64,000 nucleotides of DNA from Limnochordia bacterium. Lineage in GTDB: Bacteria; Bacillota; Limnochordia; DTU080. The stretch spans positions 544,001-608,000 of the forward strand of contig JBMNJG010000007.1 in assembly GCA_050951545.1 (NCBI GenBank), written 5' to 3'. Below are positions 17,436 through 28,047 of this stretch, piece after piece; within the stretch, counting starts at the first letter, position 1; each line of letters begins with the position of its first letter. The notes beneath the pieces were generated by a model that was not told the DNA's origin, did not search any database, and was given only the letters and a program-made list of their open reading frames with translations. Position numbers and translations under genes: made by a program.

Positions 17436-20400
17436 ATGAGACGAAGTAAACGATGCAATTACCTGTGGTGGCTGCTATTGGCCATCTTGATCACGCCCTG
17501 TTCTCCCCTTTGGTACGGTGGTGGGGTCGGCTTCAGTTCAGGTGGCACCATCTGCCTTCGGTGCGCTACGCGGCAGACAAATGGGCCGTGTTACGGAAGC
17601 TGGCGTCCGGTACCAGCGCTACGATTGACGGGAAGTTGCGCGAAGCATGGTGGGAGGAGGCGACTCAGCTCACAGGGTTTCGCACGGCTTACTATGAGCA
17701 ACCCGTAGCCGATGGAGATGTCCAGTATCGCCTAGCATATGATGACGAGTTCCTTTATATCGGTGGGACACTGTCGCAGCATCAGGCTGAGTCTCTACAC
17801 AAAATTGAGGTCGTGATGCGAGTCCGGGCCGACCGCTGAGCAGTATTACGTGGCAACCAATTACTGTGCGTCCGCGCCATGCGGCGAGCTCCGCGCAGCT
17901 GAGTACGATATGGAACCCATCGCTCAACGAGCTCTCATCGGATGAGGGGCGGGTCGACTTGCGCGGTTTTCGCTCTGGCACATCTGAGCAGGGCGAGATC
18001 GCTTCGTGGTGGAGGCGGCAATTCCCCTGCGCTCGGTGGTCGCTGCAGGCTGTCTTGAGGCCCGGCGATGAGTGGCAGGTGAATGTCATCCATGTGCACC
18101 ACCTGTACACAAAGCCGCTGACGTCGTGGATCCCCATCCGCAAATTCCAATCAGTGGGATAACGGCCACAGTACCACGGGCGGCACGACGAAGGTGTACG
18201 GAGATGTCATTGGGCAAGGACGCCTTGGAAGTGTTTTCTTTGGTCAGCTTCCCGGAACCGTAGGCGAGCAGTCGGACGCTCTTGTGCGAACCGAGTTTGC
18301 GCTACGTGAGCTTCACGAGAAAGGAGCTGCAGTTGGCTCTACCTAAGGAGCAAAAGGAACTGCAGGATATTCGCCTCTTTTGGCAGGCACCGGGGAAGAA
18401 CTGGCAGATGCTGCAGGGGTATGAGACGAGACAAGACGGGTCCCGACTTTCCATGATTTTTGACCATCCCAAGCCATTGAGCCATGGTACATACAAGCTC
18501 ATGGTGACGTGCCAGGGTGGCGGTGGGGAAAAGACTCTCGTTTCGCTTATGACCTTCCGATCGTGAATATATGGTTGAAGCCGGGGTGGCCGTGATACAG
18601 CTGCCGCGACCGGAAGTCCCTGTCGCCGAGGTGGCGCAAGCGGAGATTTCCGCCGAGGTGCAGGCGGTTATCGATCTTATTCCACCGCAGCCGGGTTTTC
18701 GCTATACTGGCTTACCCGAGATGCCCGACCTGTTCCCGGATGGTTCGAATCTCTATCGTCTGGGACCGGATAAAAACAGCCTGATAGCCATCCCCACGGG
18801 TACGGTGTAATCCTAGTGAGGATCCGCGTTGGAGCGAAAGTCACGAGCTAGTCATCAGAGACAAAAAGGGGGATGAGCTCACGATCCCCTATCATCAAGA
18901 TGCCAAGGGCAAACGCTATTTCGTGACCGGGCATCTGTGGTATTTGCAGCGCCAGGAGGCGGCCAAACAGGTGCCTCGCATCGCTACGACCGACCCTTTG
19001 GGGGCGGCCCGCATTTTGTATGCCTTTGCTGAGGCCTATGCGGGTTATCTCCCGACGTTTGACCGCGACGGGGGCACAGGCTTCATACCTGCGGATTCGG
19101 GACCTCCCTATGCCTACTGGGGCGGCACCTGGAGTCGTTGGTGGTGGGGTGATCTGGGTTCACTGGCCCCACTAGCGAATGCGTATGAGATCGTCAAACA
19201 GACAAATGCATTCGAGCTCTTGAGTGCTGAGGTAGGAGAAGACGTAGAAAAGAAGCTTGTGAACGAGATGTTCTTGCCGTCGGTGGATTTTGCGCAGACG
19301 TACCTACCGACACAAGGGAATATGGCCAACAGCTACTGGAGAGGCCTGATTCAGATCGGGCGCGCTCTCGGCGATTCGGATATCATCCATCGGGCAGTGG
19401 AACTGGTCCGAGACTTTGTGGCTGAAGGCAGATTCCTGTCGGATGGTTTCTGGTCTGAGGTGACGCTGAGCTATCACGTACAGACGATTAGCGGTCTGGT
19501 CAGCGCTATCGAGCTGCTCGATGGTTGGAGTGATCCTGAGGGATACATCTCGCCACGGACAGGATTGCGCTTTGATAGTCTTGACATGGCCAGCGAGTTC
19601 CCGATCATTGCCAAGGCTTTGGAGATCAACCGGATCGTGGTCTATCCGAATGGCAAGTACTTGCCTATCCAAGACACGTGGGCTAATGCCACGGCCCGCC
19701 AACCTGATACCAGCGCTGGTTCGTTTCTACTGCCTGCGGGCAAAATTGGTCGGCTAACTCAGGGCTCGGGTCGCAACCAGACGCAGCTTAACCTCAACTT
19801 CCAGCCGAAGTATGGGCACATCCACCGCGACGGACTCAACATCACGTTGTTTGCGAATGGGGCAGAGCTGTTACCTGATCTGGGCTACTCGCACAGTTCG
19901 AAGTATCGCTGGTTCACCACCTCGACGATGGGCCACAATACGGTTGTCGTCGACGGTCAGAACATGGCGTCCAGCACATCGGCAAATCACGGCGGCAATA
20001 TTGAGGCCTATGTGACTAGCGAGGCCTTCCAAGTCATGCGTGCGGCCTATGAAGATGCCTACAATTCGGTGCAGGAGTATACGCGTGAACTGTGGATGGT
20101 ACCTTTTGCCGCCGGTGCCGAGTCGGAGGGCTACATCCTCGATATTCTCCGGGTTGCCGGGGGCGGGCGTCACGAGTACACCCTACAGGGTGACGCAAAT
20201 CGAGATGCCTTCTTCGAAATAGACAAGGCGACCACGGAGTACGGGCCGTATCTGCTACCGCCTGGGACAAGGGTGACCCAGCCCACCGGTCCATCGACCT
20301 CCGGCAGCGCCGCGGGCCATTACGCAGGCTATATCTATCTACGAGACGTTGAACAGGCCGAACTCACTGATGGCCAGTTTGTGTTGACCCTCTTCACGGA

Positions 20401-21829
20401 ACAAAGCGGCATAGTGCAGCCCCAGCTGAAAATAACGGGTTTGCTTGATGCGGGTGATAACGAGCTTTTCTTGGCGCGATCGCCTTCGTTGCGCCCGGTA
20501 CGCTTCAACGGCATTTCGGCAGACAACAACCACATGGTCGATCAGCACACGATGCCCAAGATGGTGCTGCGTCGTGAAGGGAGGAATCTGCGCAGTGACT
20601 TTGTCACTCTGCTTGAGCCGCGCTTTAGTGACGACGGCTTCCGGATAGAAGCCATTGAGCGCCTGTCGATCGATAGCGGGCCCGAAGGTGCCGTGGCCGT
20701 GCGCGTCATTTATGACGACACCATTGATATACTGCTGAGCAACCCCTTCTATGGGAAAGGCAGCAAGGACTCCCTCATCGTGGGGGATATAGCTTTGGAG
20801 GGGGAATTTGGCCTCATCCGCTTAAGGGACGGTGTCACACGGGAGATGTCCTTGGTCGGGGGCACGCGCGTAAGCAAGGGTGTGCTGACCCTGGAAAGCA
20901 GCGGAGAGCTGCAGGGCAAGATCACTGGCACGTTGCGGCGGGCGGGAGGCGATGACGTAGACGCCTTAATCACTGACGCTGTGCTGCCGGATGCCGTGGC
21001 AGGCAGTCATGTCATCGTCAGGCACCCGGATGGCCGAACCAGTGGATTCAAGATCGGGCGTGTGGAAAAAGAGGGCGAAGGCTCCCTTATTCTGCTGGCT
21101 GAACATGATCCCGGTTTTGAGATTGAGGCCGACGGTTCTTCGCATCAAGTCTTTCACCCGCGGTTGGAGTGGCGAGGTACGCATACCTTCCATATAACGA
21201 CCACGCAGCGGGCGACAGAGTTGCAGGGTGAACCGCGCACTGAGCAGATGACAGGCATGGTCTCCGGGATGGTGTATAACCAAAAGGGCCAGCCCGTGGC
21301 GGGGGCCGTGGTGCATGCGGCGGGTTATACTCAACAGGCGGCGGTTACAGATGCGAGCGGACGCTTCCAACTCGGTCAGCTACCTATCGGAACGCTGTGG
21401 CTAAAGGTAGATCACAGGCTGTTCGTGCCGTCGTTGTCCGAAGGGATGCTGATCACGGAGAAGGACCAGCACGTTACGCTGACTTTGGGCGAGCGCTTGC
21501 CTCCTCAGTTGTCAGATGTGCCCTCGGAAGTGGAAGCTGGCGAGCCAATAACGCTCATCAGTTCCGTGGACGCTACGGCATATCTGACGGAGGGCACCTC
21601 TTCGCGCAGAGTGCCTACACCGGAGAGAGTCCGCGACGGGGCCATAGCTCAAGTTGAGGTCTCGGCAGACGTGCCTGCTGTGCTTCCGACTGACGCTGAA
21701 CTACACGGATCGTATGTGATCCATGCCATTGATGCAGAAGATCGCGTCTCGGCGGGGGTATCGGTCTATATTGAAAACCAAGCGGAGCTGGAGAAGCTGT
21801 GGCGGTTCTTTGACGATTGGCAGTGGTGA
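17436..21829 (+). pseudogene. Large secreted heparinase II/III-family protein with N-terminal CBM9-like domain, 5' part broken by several frameshifts
   Basis: RBS and signal peptide at 17436; CBM9-like TIDGKLREAWWEEA...LAYDDEFLYIG. Pieces at 17866, 18282, 18571 and 18923 are collinear. The intact 3' part has GHIHRDGL and STMGHNTVVVDG. Confidence 0.8.
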
Positions 21830-22010
21830 GTCTGAGTGAAACAGCGACGGTGAACCCGTTGGTTGGGGGCGTTATTACCGCACAGGGTGTCGTTTTTCTA
21901 TGAGACGGAAGGCGACCCCAGGTTAGGGATTCAGATCGAGAGGCGTATCAAGACCGACGATGTTAAGATCATTTCGAGCGACACGCTGCAGCATGAGAGG
22001 GAGACTGCTC

Positions 22011-22514
22011 GTGGACCGAGAGACCATCGCCGAAGCACTGAGGCAGTATTTTGCCACTTCGGCTGACGTTACCGTTGCATACCTGTTCGGTTCCGTGGTA
22101 CGAGGCAATACCCATGGAATGAGTGACATCGATGTGGGCGTGCTATTCCTCGATTATCTAAGTGCAACTGAGCGGCTCTTCCGCCGAATTTCCTTTAGTC
22201 ACGACCTAGCGGATCAGCTGGGGCGGTCCGTCGATGTAGTTGATTTGCGCGAGACGTCACCTCAGTTTAACCACCATGTATTGCGTCACAAGGTCGTCGT
22301 GAAGGGGCACCACGACCCTGCTCGCATCGCGTTCGAGAAGGATGTACGACGGCATTACTTCGACATGCTGCCGTATCTCCAACGCTTCGAGGATGCCAGC
22401 CTGAAGTGCTTCGAGGAAGGAGGCGAGGGTCGTGGTCGACGAGGGCCTGATTCGAGCACGCTTGAAGCTGCTCGCAGAGTACATCAGCGACTTGGAGGGC
22501 GTCCAAGAGAGTGA
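22011..22514 (+). CDS. Minimal nucleotidyltransferase antitoxin (MntA-like)
   Basis: AYLFGS-X10-DID motif and VDVVDL; overlaps the downstream HEPN gene. Confidence 0.9.
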   Translation: MDRETIAEALRQYFATSADVTVAYLFGSVVRGNTHGMSDIDVGVLFLDYLSATERLFRRISFSHDLADQLGRSVDVVDLRETSPQFNHHVLRHKVVVKGHHDPARIAFEKDVRRHYFDMLPYLQRFEDASLKCFEEGGEGRGRRGPDSSTLEAARRVHQRLGGRPRE

Positions 22515-22860
22515 CTTTGCTGAGTTCATGGAGAACAAGGTGCTTCGCCGATTTGTCGAGCGGACGCTCCAACTTGCCATCGAGGCCTGCCTCGACATCG
22601 GTTCGCACATTATCTCATCCCACGGATATCGCGAGCCTCAGTACGGACGCCACGTGATGGACATCCTTGCGGAGAATGGATGGATCGATCAGGACTTGCG
22701 GGAGAGTCTCGTTGGCATGGTCGGCTTCCGCAATATCCTGGTACATGACTACGCCACCATCGATCCGGCGATTGTGTTCGGGGTGCTGAGATCGAGGCTT
22801 CCAGAAATACGTTCGTTCGGAATGTCCGTCCTGGCTCGCATGGATCGTCAACCGTCATAG
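22432..22860 (+). CDS. HEPN RNase toxin (DUF86/HepT-like)
   Basis: ERTLQLAIEACLDIG and GFRNILVHDY (RX4HXY). Confidence 0.93.
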   Translation: MVDEGLIRARLKLLAEYISDLEGVQESDFAEFMENKVLRRFVERTLQLAIEACLDIGSHIISSHGYREPQYGRHVMDILAENGWIDQDLRESLVGMVGFRNILVHDYATIDPAIVFGVLRSRLPEIRSFGMSVLARMDRQPS

Positions 22861-22902
22861 TAACAACAAGCTACCGTTTCGACCGGAGAGGAGTGAGCGC
22901 TA

Positions 22903-23525
22903 GTGAGCAGCAAGAAGAGCGAAGGGGCCGCTGTGGTGCGTCAACCTGACCCAAGTTCCTTCATGCCAAGCGAAGAAGAGCTACGACATAATCTGGAACG
23001 CGCGGGTGCCGAGCCCGGCTTCCTTATGCTGCGATCAGTACAGATGGCAGAGAACGGGGCGGCCGAACCTCAGAGAGGGCAGAAGCTCTACTTTGTCCCC
23101 TACGATCTCGGATCAGAGTGCCCTTGCGGTAGCGACCACCCCTTTGGCGAGTGCTGCAACCAGTGGCGCTTCCACAGGCCTTTCGTCCAAGCCCCCGACG
23201 GGACGGTCAGCCTCAGCACCGTCTACCAAGAGACGTGGACGACGTGGGACCGGTCTGAAGAGGCTCGCGAGGCCCTTGGAGCGCGACCTGACTTCTATAT
23301 TGGTGAGGAGTCGGACGCGGCCTGCTCTTACAGTTACCGTGCCGCCGGACGAGGGATCGGTTCCGGATTGTTCGGTACGATTGTGCTGACACCCGATATG
23401 CTCGAGATTGACGCGTTAAGCGAAGCTCGGTACATGGCGCTGTGAGAAGCACGTGGGTCTCCTTCTTCCGAGTGGAGCGCAAGACCGGCGAAGCCTTGAT
23501 TCTTCGTGACCTAGTCGGGCAGGAT
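22903..23525 (+). pseudogene. SEC-C motif protein, truncated or internally deleted
   Basis: CPCGSDHPFGECC. After the stop at 23445 another frame reads STWVSFFRVERKTGEALILRDLVG. Confidence 0.6.
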
Positions 23526-23589
23526 CGCCCCGAGCTTCGCCGCCCTGTGCCTTGAGCCGCTACCCTCCGATTACCGAGCTGAAGAGACA

Positions 23590-23780
23590 CGCGTCTACGA
23601 GTTCGATCTCGATCACTTCGAGTTCACACACCCGATGACCGTTATTGATGCCCGAGAGGTGAAGATCGTGAAAGAGCGTATTGCCCGGGGCGTCGAACCT
23701 CAGGCCAGTGCGTTTCAGCGATTATTGCGGGATGCCGATGCCGCTCAATCGCTAGTTCCATCACCGCCCGCGAGTACCAG
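23590..23780 (+). pseudogene. Fragment resembling an alginate-lyase-family N-terminal segment
   Basis: FTHPMTVIDAREVKIVKERIARGVEPQASAFQRLLRDAD pattern; no continuation. Confidence 0.45.
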
Positions 23781-23903
23781 ACGCCGGGGCACATGGTATA
23801 ACAAATCGTGCATTTGCCACGCTACTTCCCCGGGGTGCCCTATAGCAAAGGGCCAACCGGATCTTCTCATTGTAGAACCGCGGCTTGTGGAGGTGTCAGA
23901 AAC

Positions 23904-24293
23904 ATGGGAAAGACCGCCGACAAACTGACGGCTGCGGAACGCGAGCAGTATCACCTGTACGCTAAGATGCGTCAAGCAAAAGCGGAGCAGGAGCTGGCGG
24001 CTCGAAGGCAACGGGCCTGGGAGTTGGCACGTGAGGCGGCCCGCTTGTTACGAGAACACCATGACGTTATACGTGTGGCAGTCTTCGGCTCCCTCTTGGA
24101 CGAAAGCCGTTTTACCATGGCGTCGGATGTAGACATTGCCGCGTGGGGCATTCCGGCTGAAAAGACATTCCGGGCTATGAGTGATGTATGGGACCTCGGA
24201 ATAGTCGAGGGTATCCCAATAAACCTGGTAGATATTAATGCTTGTCGCCAAAGTCTACGGGAAGCAATTTACCGCGAGGGAGTCGACATATGA
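23904..24293 (+). CDS. Minimal nucleotidyltransferase antitoxin (second MNT)
   Basis: VAVFGSLL....F...SDVDIAAWG and a C-terminal I.REGVDI; GGAGG RBS. Confidence 0.9.
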   Translation: MGKTADKLTAAEREQYHLYAKMRQAKAEQELAARRQRAWELAREAARLLREHHDVIRVAVFGSLLDESRFTMASDVDIAAWGIPAEKTFRAMSDVWDLGIVEGIPINLVDINACRQSLREAIYREGVDI

Positions 24294-24766
24294 TGCGGCA
24301 GTACGCTGTCTTGGCCGGAAGACTACGCCAGGAAATCGCCCAGATTGAACACATTGTCTTACGGGTGCAGGCGGTTTGTCAAAACGCTGATCTTGAGGAC
24401 ACCATCAAATCAGAGTCCTTAGCCTTGAATCTACAGAGCTTTTACACAGGTGTAGAGCGGCTCCTTCAACTCGTTGCATCCTCGCTAGACGGCGGTATTC
24501 CCAAGGGCTCAGATAGGCATCGGCAACTGCTGCAACAGATGATCATAGAGGTCCACACTGTCCGACCAGCGATTCTAAGGCCCACCACCGCCCGCTCCCT
24601 TGATGAGTACCTGCGCTTTCGACATATCGTTCGAAACCTATACGCTTTCGAACTCGACAACCAACGGATCCAACCGCTAGCCTCGGGGCTTCAGTCAGTA
24701 TACGAAGAGCTAAAGCAGGACATTGATCACTTCGTCTCATTCTTGGACGAAGTGGCTCTGTCATAG
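24290..24766 (+). CDS. HEPN-domain (HepT-like) toxin
   Basis: [30 protein letters not shown]; ATGA overlap with the MNT gene. Confidence 0.88.
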   Translation: MMRQYAVLAGRLRQEIAQIEHIVLRVQAVCQNADLEDTIKSESLALNLQSFYTGVERLLQLVASSLDGGIPKGSDRHRQLLQQMIIEVHTVRPAILRPTTARSLDEYLRFRHIVRNLYAFELDNQRIQPLASGLQSVYEELKQDIDHFVSFLDEVALS

Positions 24767-24780
24767 AGCCTCGGAAGGCC

Positions 24781-24873
24781 CGAGCCATTCCGACCGCACT
24801 GCGGAGCAAAGACCTTATAGGTCAAGCTCAGACGGGCACTGGTAAGACCGCTGCTTTCGCGATCCCCATCATA
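24781..24873 (+). pseudogene. Isolated DEAD-box RNA helicase motif I fragment
   Basis: Translates [31 protein letters not shown]. No start codon and no downstream helicase motifs. Confidence 0.85.
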
Positions 24874-25031
24874 GCGGAAAGGCAACGAGAAGCATGCGGT
24901 GCGCGACGGCTGACGGACATAGTGGCGTCGGGAGAATTGGGCCATCTAAAGCACCCCCGCTCAAGTCGGCGGTAGTACAGCCAAAAGCCATTATGATGCC
25001 ATTCCAGGATTTTGACTGCTAGAAAAAAGAG

Positions 25032-25340
25032 ATGACCGCTTTACTACCGAACGGTCCTGAATCAGGCGAAGAAAACCCCATAGCAAACGAAAACCTGTTG
25101 CTGGAGCTGGCCTATAGCACCATGATTCCAAATGAAGACCTTGAGATCCTGGTGTGTAGCATACATGCGGGGGCCAGGGCTTTTGTCACTGAGGATGTCG
25201 ACATCCTCGAACAAACGGCTCTTTCGTTGAGTCCTAATCACAGGAAGGCCTTTGTGCATCCGCAAAACCTTTCGAAGAGCATAGGTAGTGAATTATGGCT
25301 CAGGTGGAGTCCTGAACAATCACAAAGGCCCAAACCATGA
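25032..25340 (+). pseudogene. PIN-domain-like C-terminal fragment
   Basis: EDLEILVCSIHAGARAFVTEDVDIL resembles the PIN D...A....FVT.D motif. N-terminal part absent. Confidence 0.45.
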
Positions 25341-25658
25341 GCATAGAGGTTATTGCCCAGTTGGTATATGGTCAGCCTTCCGGATTTGGCCAAGCTAACC
25401 CTAAGTCGTTTCGTGGCTTCTAGTGTAGGGTTCACGCCCTTTGCAGCGGTCGCTGGGTTTATCTGGTGAAACGACGCAAACTGGTTGGTCGAAGGGATCT
25501 GCGACTGTTCGTGAGTCCGGGGCGGCGTTCTGATGGCTCTATGCGCTGTCAGGGCAGAAGGGCTATGCACCCGCCTGTGGAAGCTGAGGACGGCAAGAGC
25601 CTTCCTGGCTTTGAGCTGGTGGGGCTGCGAGGTGCAATCTGACGACAGGAGGGCAAAA

Positions 25659-26612
25659 ATGAAAGAAAAGCCGCAGGTGACAAGGGGCTTGGTCCTGGGC
25701 CTGGAGCACTGGATCACCGACTGGCCCGAACGGGCGCGGACCTACGGCCTCACTACTCTGGCACTGCATGCGCCGCCTTCCCGGGTGGTGGATTTCACGG
25801 GTAGTGAAGTCGGTGAGAAGCTGATAGCGGGCTGCAAGGCCAATGATATTCAGCTGGAGTTTGAGCTACATGCGATGGGGGAGCTACTACCTCGCCGTCT
25901 GTTTGAGACATCCCCAGAGCTCTTCCGCCTTGATGAAACAGGGCAGCGGACGGCAAAAGGTAACCTGTGCGCCACCAATGAGGAAGCAGTAGCGCTTGTC
26001 TGTGCCAATGCAGTGAAATTGGCGCGGCGTCTACGTCCAACAACACATCGCTTCTTCTTCTGGCCAGATGATGGTCCGGGGTGGTGTCACTGTGAGCAGT
26101 GCGGCACCTTATCGGATTCAGATCAGGCGTTGCTGGTAGAGAACGCGATGCTGCGCGCTCTACGCGACCAAGTCGATCCCCAAGCCCAACTGGCGCATAT
26201 TGCCTATCACAACACTTTGCAGGCACCGCAACAGATCACTCCAGAGGAAGGCGTGTTTCTGGAGTTTGCGCCGTTTCATCGCAAGACGGATCTTCCCCTG
26301 ACAGCTGACGTTTCTGTTCAGAGGGAACAGCTGGAGGCCTTGCAGGCGAATCTGGCAGTCTTTGGCGTGTCGCAGGCGCAGGTTCTGGACTACTGGCTCG
26401 ACGTCTCTATGTATTCAAGGTGGAAACGCCCGGCGGTGGTGCTGCCTTGGCGAGAAGACGTCTTGCTGGCTGACCTGGAGCTGTATGCCTCTCTAGGTGT
26501 TCGTCATGTTACCTCGTTTGCCGTTTATGTGGACACGGAGTACCTAGCGATGTATGGTGAGCCGCCACTTTCTACATATGGCTGTCACCTGCAAAGATAC
26601 GTCAGCGGGTGA
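25659..26612 (+). CDS. DUF4838-like domain protein (putative glycoside hydrolase fold)
   Basis: PELFR..G.R...NLC..N, WPDDG.GWC.CE.C, AHIAY..T...P, VLDYWLD. Confidence 0.8.
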   Translation: MKEKPQVTRGLVLGLEHWITDWPERARTYGLTTLALHAPPSRVVDFTGSEVGEKLIAGCKANDIQLEFELHAMGELLPRRLFETSPELFRLDETGQRTAKGNLCATNEEAVALVCANAVKLARRLRPTTHRFFFWPDDGPGWCHCEQCGTLSDSDQALLVENAMLRALRDQVDPQAQLAHIAYHNTLQAPQQITPEEGVFLEFAPFHRKTDLPLTADVSVQREQLEALQANLAVFGVSQAQVLDYWLDVSMYSRWKRPAVVLPWREDVLLADLELYASLGVRHVTSFAVYVDTEYLAMYGEPPLSTYGCHLQRYVSG

Positions 26613-26661
26613 CGGGGAACGAAGAGGTTGGTCTGAAATAAAGACGAGGGAGGGAGCTTCG

Positions 26662-27933
26662 ATGTGCGCGACGCGTAAGGTATTTGGATGGGGTCTCGTG
26701 ATATGGTTGGCGTGCAGTTTCGCCGCAGTTAGTGCTGCTCAGGTTATCGTTCGATGGGCCGAGTATCCGCGGGCTGGTATGGATGACTTCAAGCGTTTGG
26801 CAACCGAGCGTTTCAACGCCCGATACCCTGATATCCGAGTAGTCTATGAGCCAGTAACTGACGCTACGAAACTGACCGTAGCCATGGCAGGTGGTACCGC
26901 ACCTGATGTGGTCACGTGGTGGACTGATACTCTGCAAGGATGGGGTGAGAGTGGCCTGATCATTGACCTTGACCCGTTTGTGAAGCGCGACCTGTCGGAG
27001 GCTGACTTGGCCGATTTCAATCCAGGCCAGATGAAGGCATTTCGTCTTGGATCGGGCTACCTGTACGCCTTGCCTTTGTTTGGTGGCACCTGGGCGACTT
27101 GGTTCAATGCCGACAAGTTTGACGAAGCAGGCGTACCTCGCCCGTCTTCCGACTGGAACTGGGATGCGCTGGTGGCGACAGCTCGCAAGCTCACCCGATA
27201 TGACGGCAATCAGGTGGTCCAGTGGGGGGTTCAGGCCGCCATGAACCTAGAGCGCATGACTCCTTTTCTACGGCAGAACGGTGCGGAACTCCACCCAGAT
27301 GGTGATAACTCAGCATGCCTTCTTAACCAGCCAGCCGCAGTCACGGCCATCGATTTCGTGGCCGGGCTTATTCATCGGCACAACGTGATGCCGATTGGTG
27401 GATTTGAGGGTGTAGAGGCGTTTAAGGCGGGCAAGGTAGCTCTCGAGTTCGAGGGCTCATGGGCCGTCAACTGGTACCTGTCACTGACGGAGTATCGATT
27501 GGGATTGGTTGAGCCGCCGCGTGGTCCTGTCGCGAGATCATCGATTGTGGCGTTCGAAGGCTATGGCATTACACGCAACTCTGCTAACACGGATGCCGCT
27601 TGGCAATGGCTCAAGTTTCTGACCAGCCGCGACGCAAACGAGATGCGCGCCCTTACGCTGGGACTTCAGCCAGCGCGCCGCTCTGCAGCGATGGTGTGGT
27701 TTGGACGTCTGCGAGAGACATATCCTGGGGCGGCTGACACAAACCTAGATGCGTTCCTGCAAGCCTGGAGCTACGCCGCCCCCCAGCCAATGTACTCTGA
27801 TCAACGGATCGCGGCTCCCCTTCTCGAGGCGGGGCTGGTACGCATTCTTCGCAGGGGAGAGTTGGCACAGACGGTTCTAGACGAGGTTGTGCCGGCTGTC
27901 AACGCTGCTTTGGCTCAGGCCAAGGACAGATAG
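26662..27933 (+). CDS. Sugar ABC transporter solute-binding protein (family 1)
   Basis: Signal peptide without lipobox; GGTAPDV, DL.PF, YALP, WNWD, AAWQWLKFL. Confidence 0.92.
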   Translation: MCATRKVFGWGLVIWLACSFAAVSAAQVIVRWAEYPRAGMDDFKRLATERFNARYPDIRVVYEPVTDATKLTVAMAGGTAPDVVTWWTDTLQGWGESGLIIDLDPFVKRDLSEADLADFNPGQMKAFRLGSGYLYALPLFGGTWATWFNADKFDEAGVPRPSSDWNWDALVATARKLTRYDGNQVVQWGVQAAMNLERMTPFLRQNGAELHPDGDNSACLLNQPAAVTAIDFVAGLIHRHNVMPIGGFEGVEAFKAGKVALEFEGSWAVNWYLSLTEYRLGLVEPPRGPVARSSIVAFEGYGITRNSANTDAAWQWLKFLTSRDANEMRALTLGLQPARRSAAMVWFGRLRETYPGAADTNLDAFLQAWSYAAPQPMYSDQRIAAPLLEAGLVRILRRGELAQTVLDEVVPAVNAALAQAKDR

Positions 27934-28047
27934 CGGACGGAGGTCCGCACCAAGGCTTCAAGCCCTGGCGTGTTCTAATACGTACGAGAGGGCGCGATGA
28001 GGTGGCGTCGCGAAACGCTCTCCACCGCGCCCTTCACTGTCTAGTGC

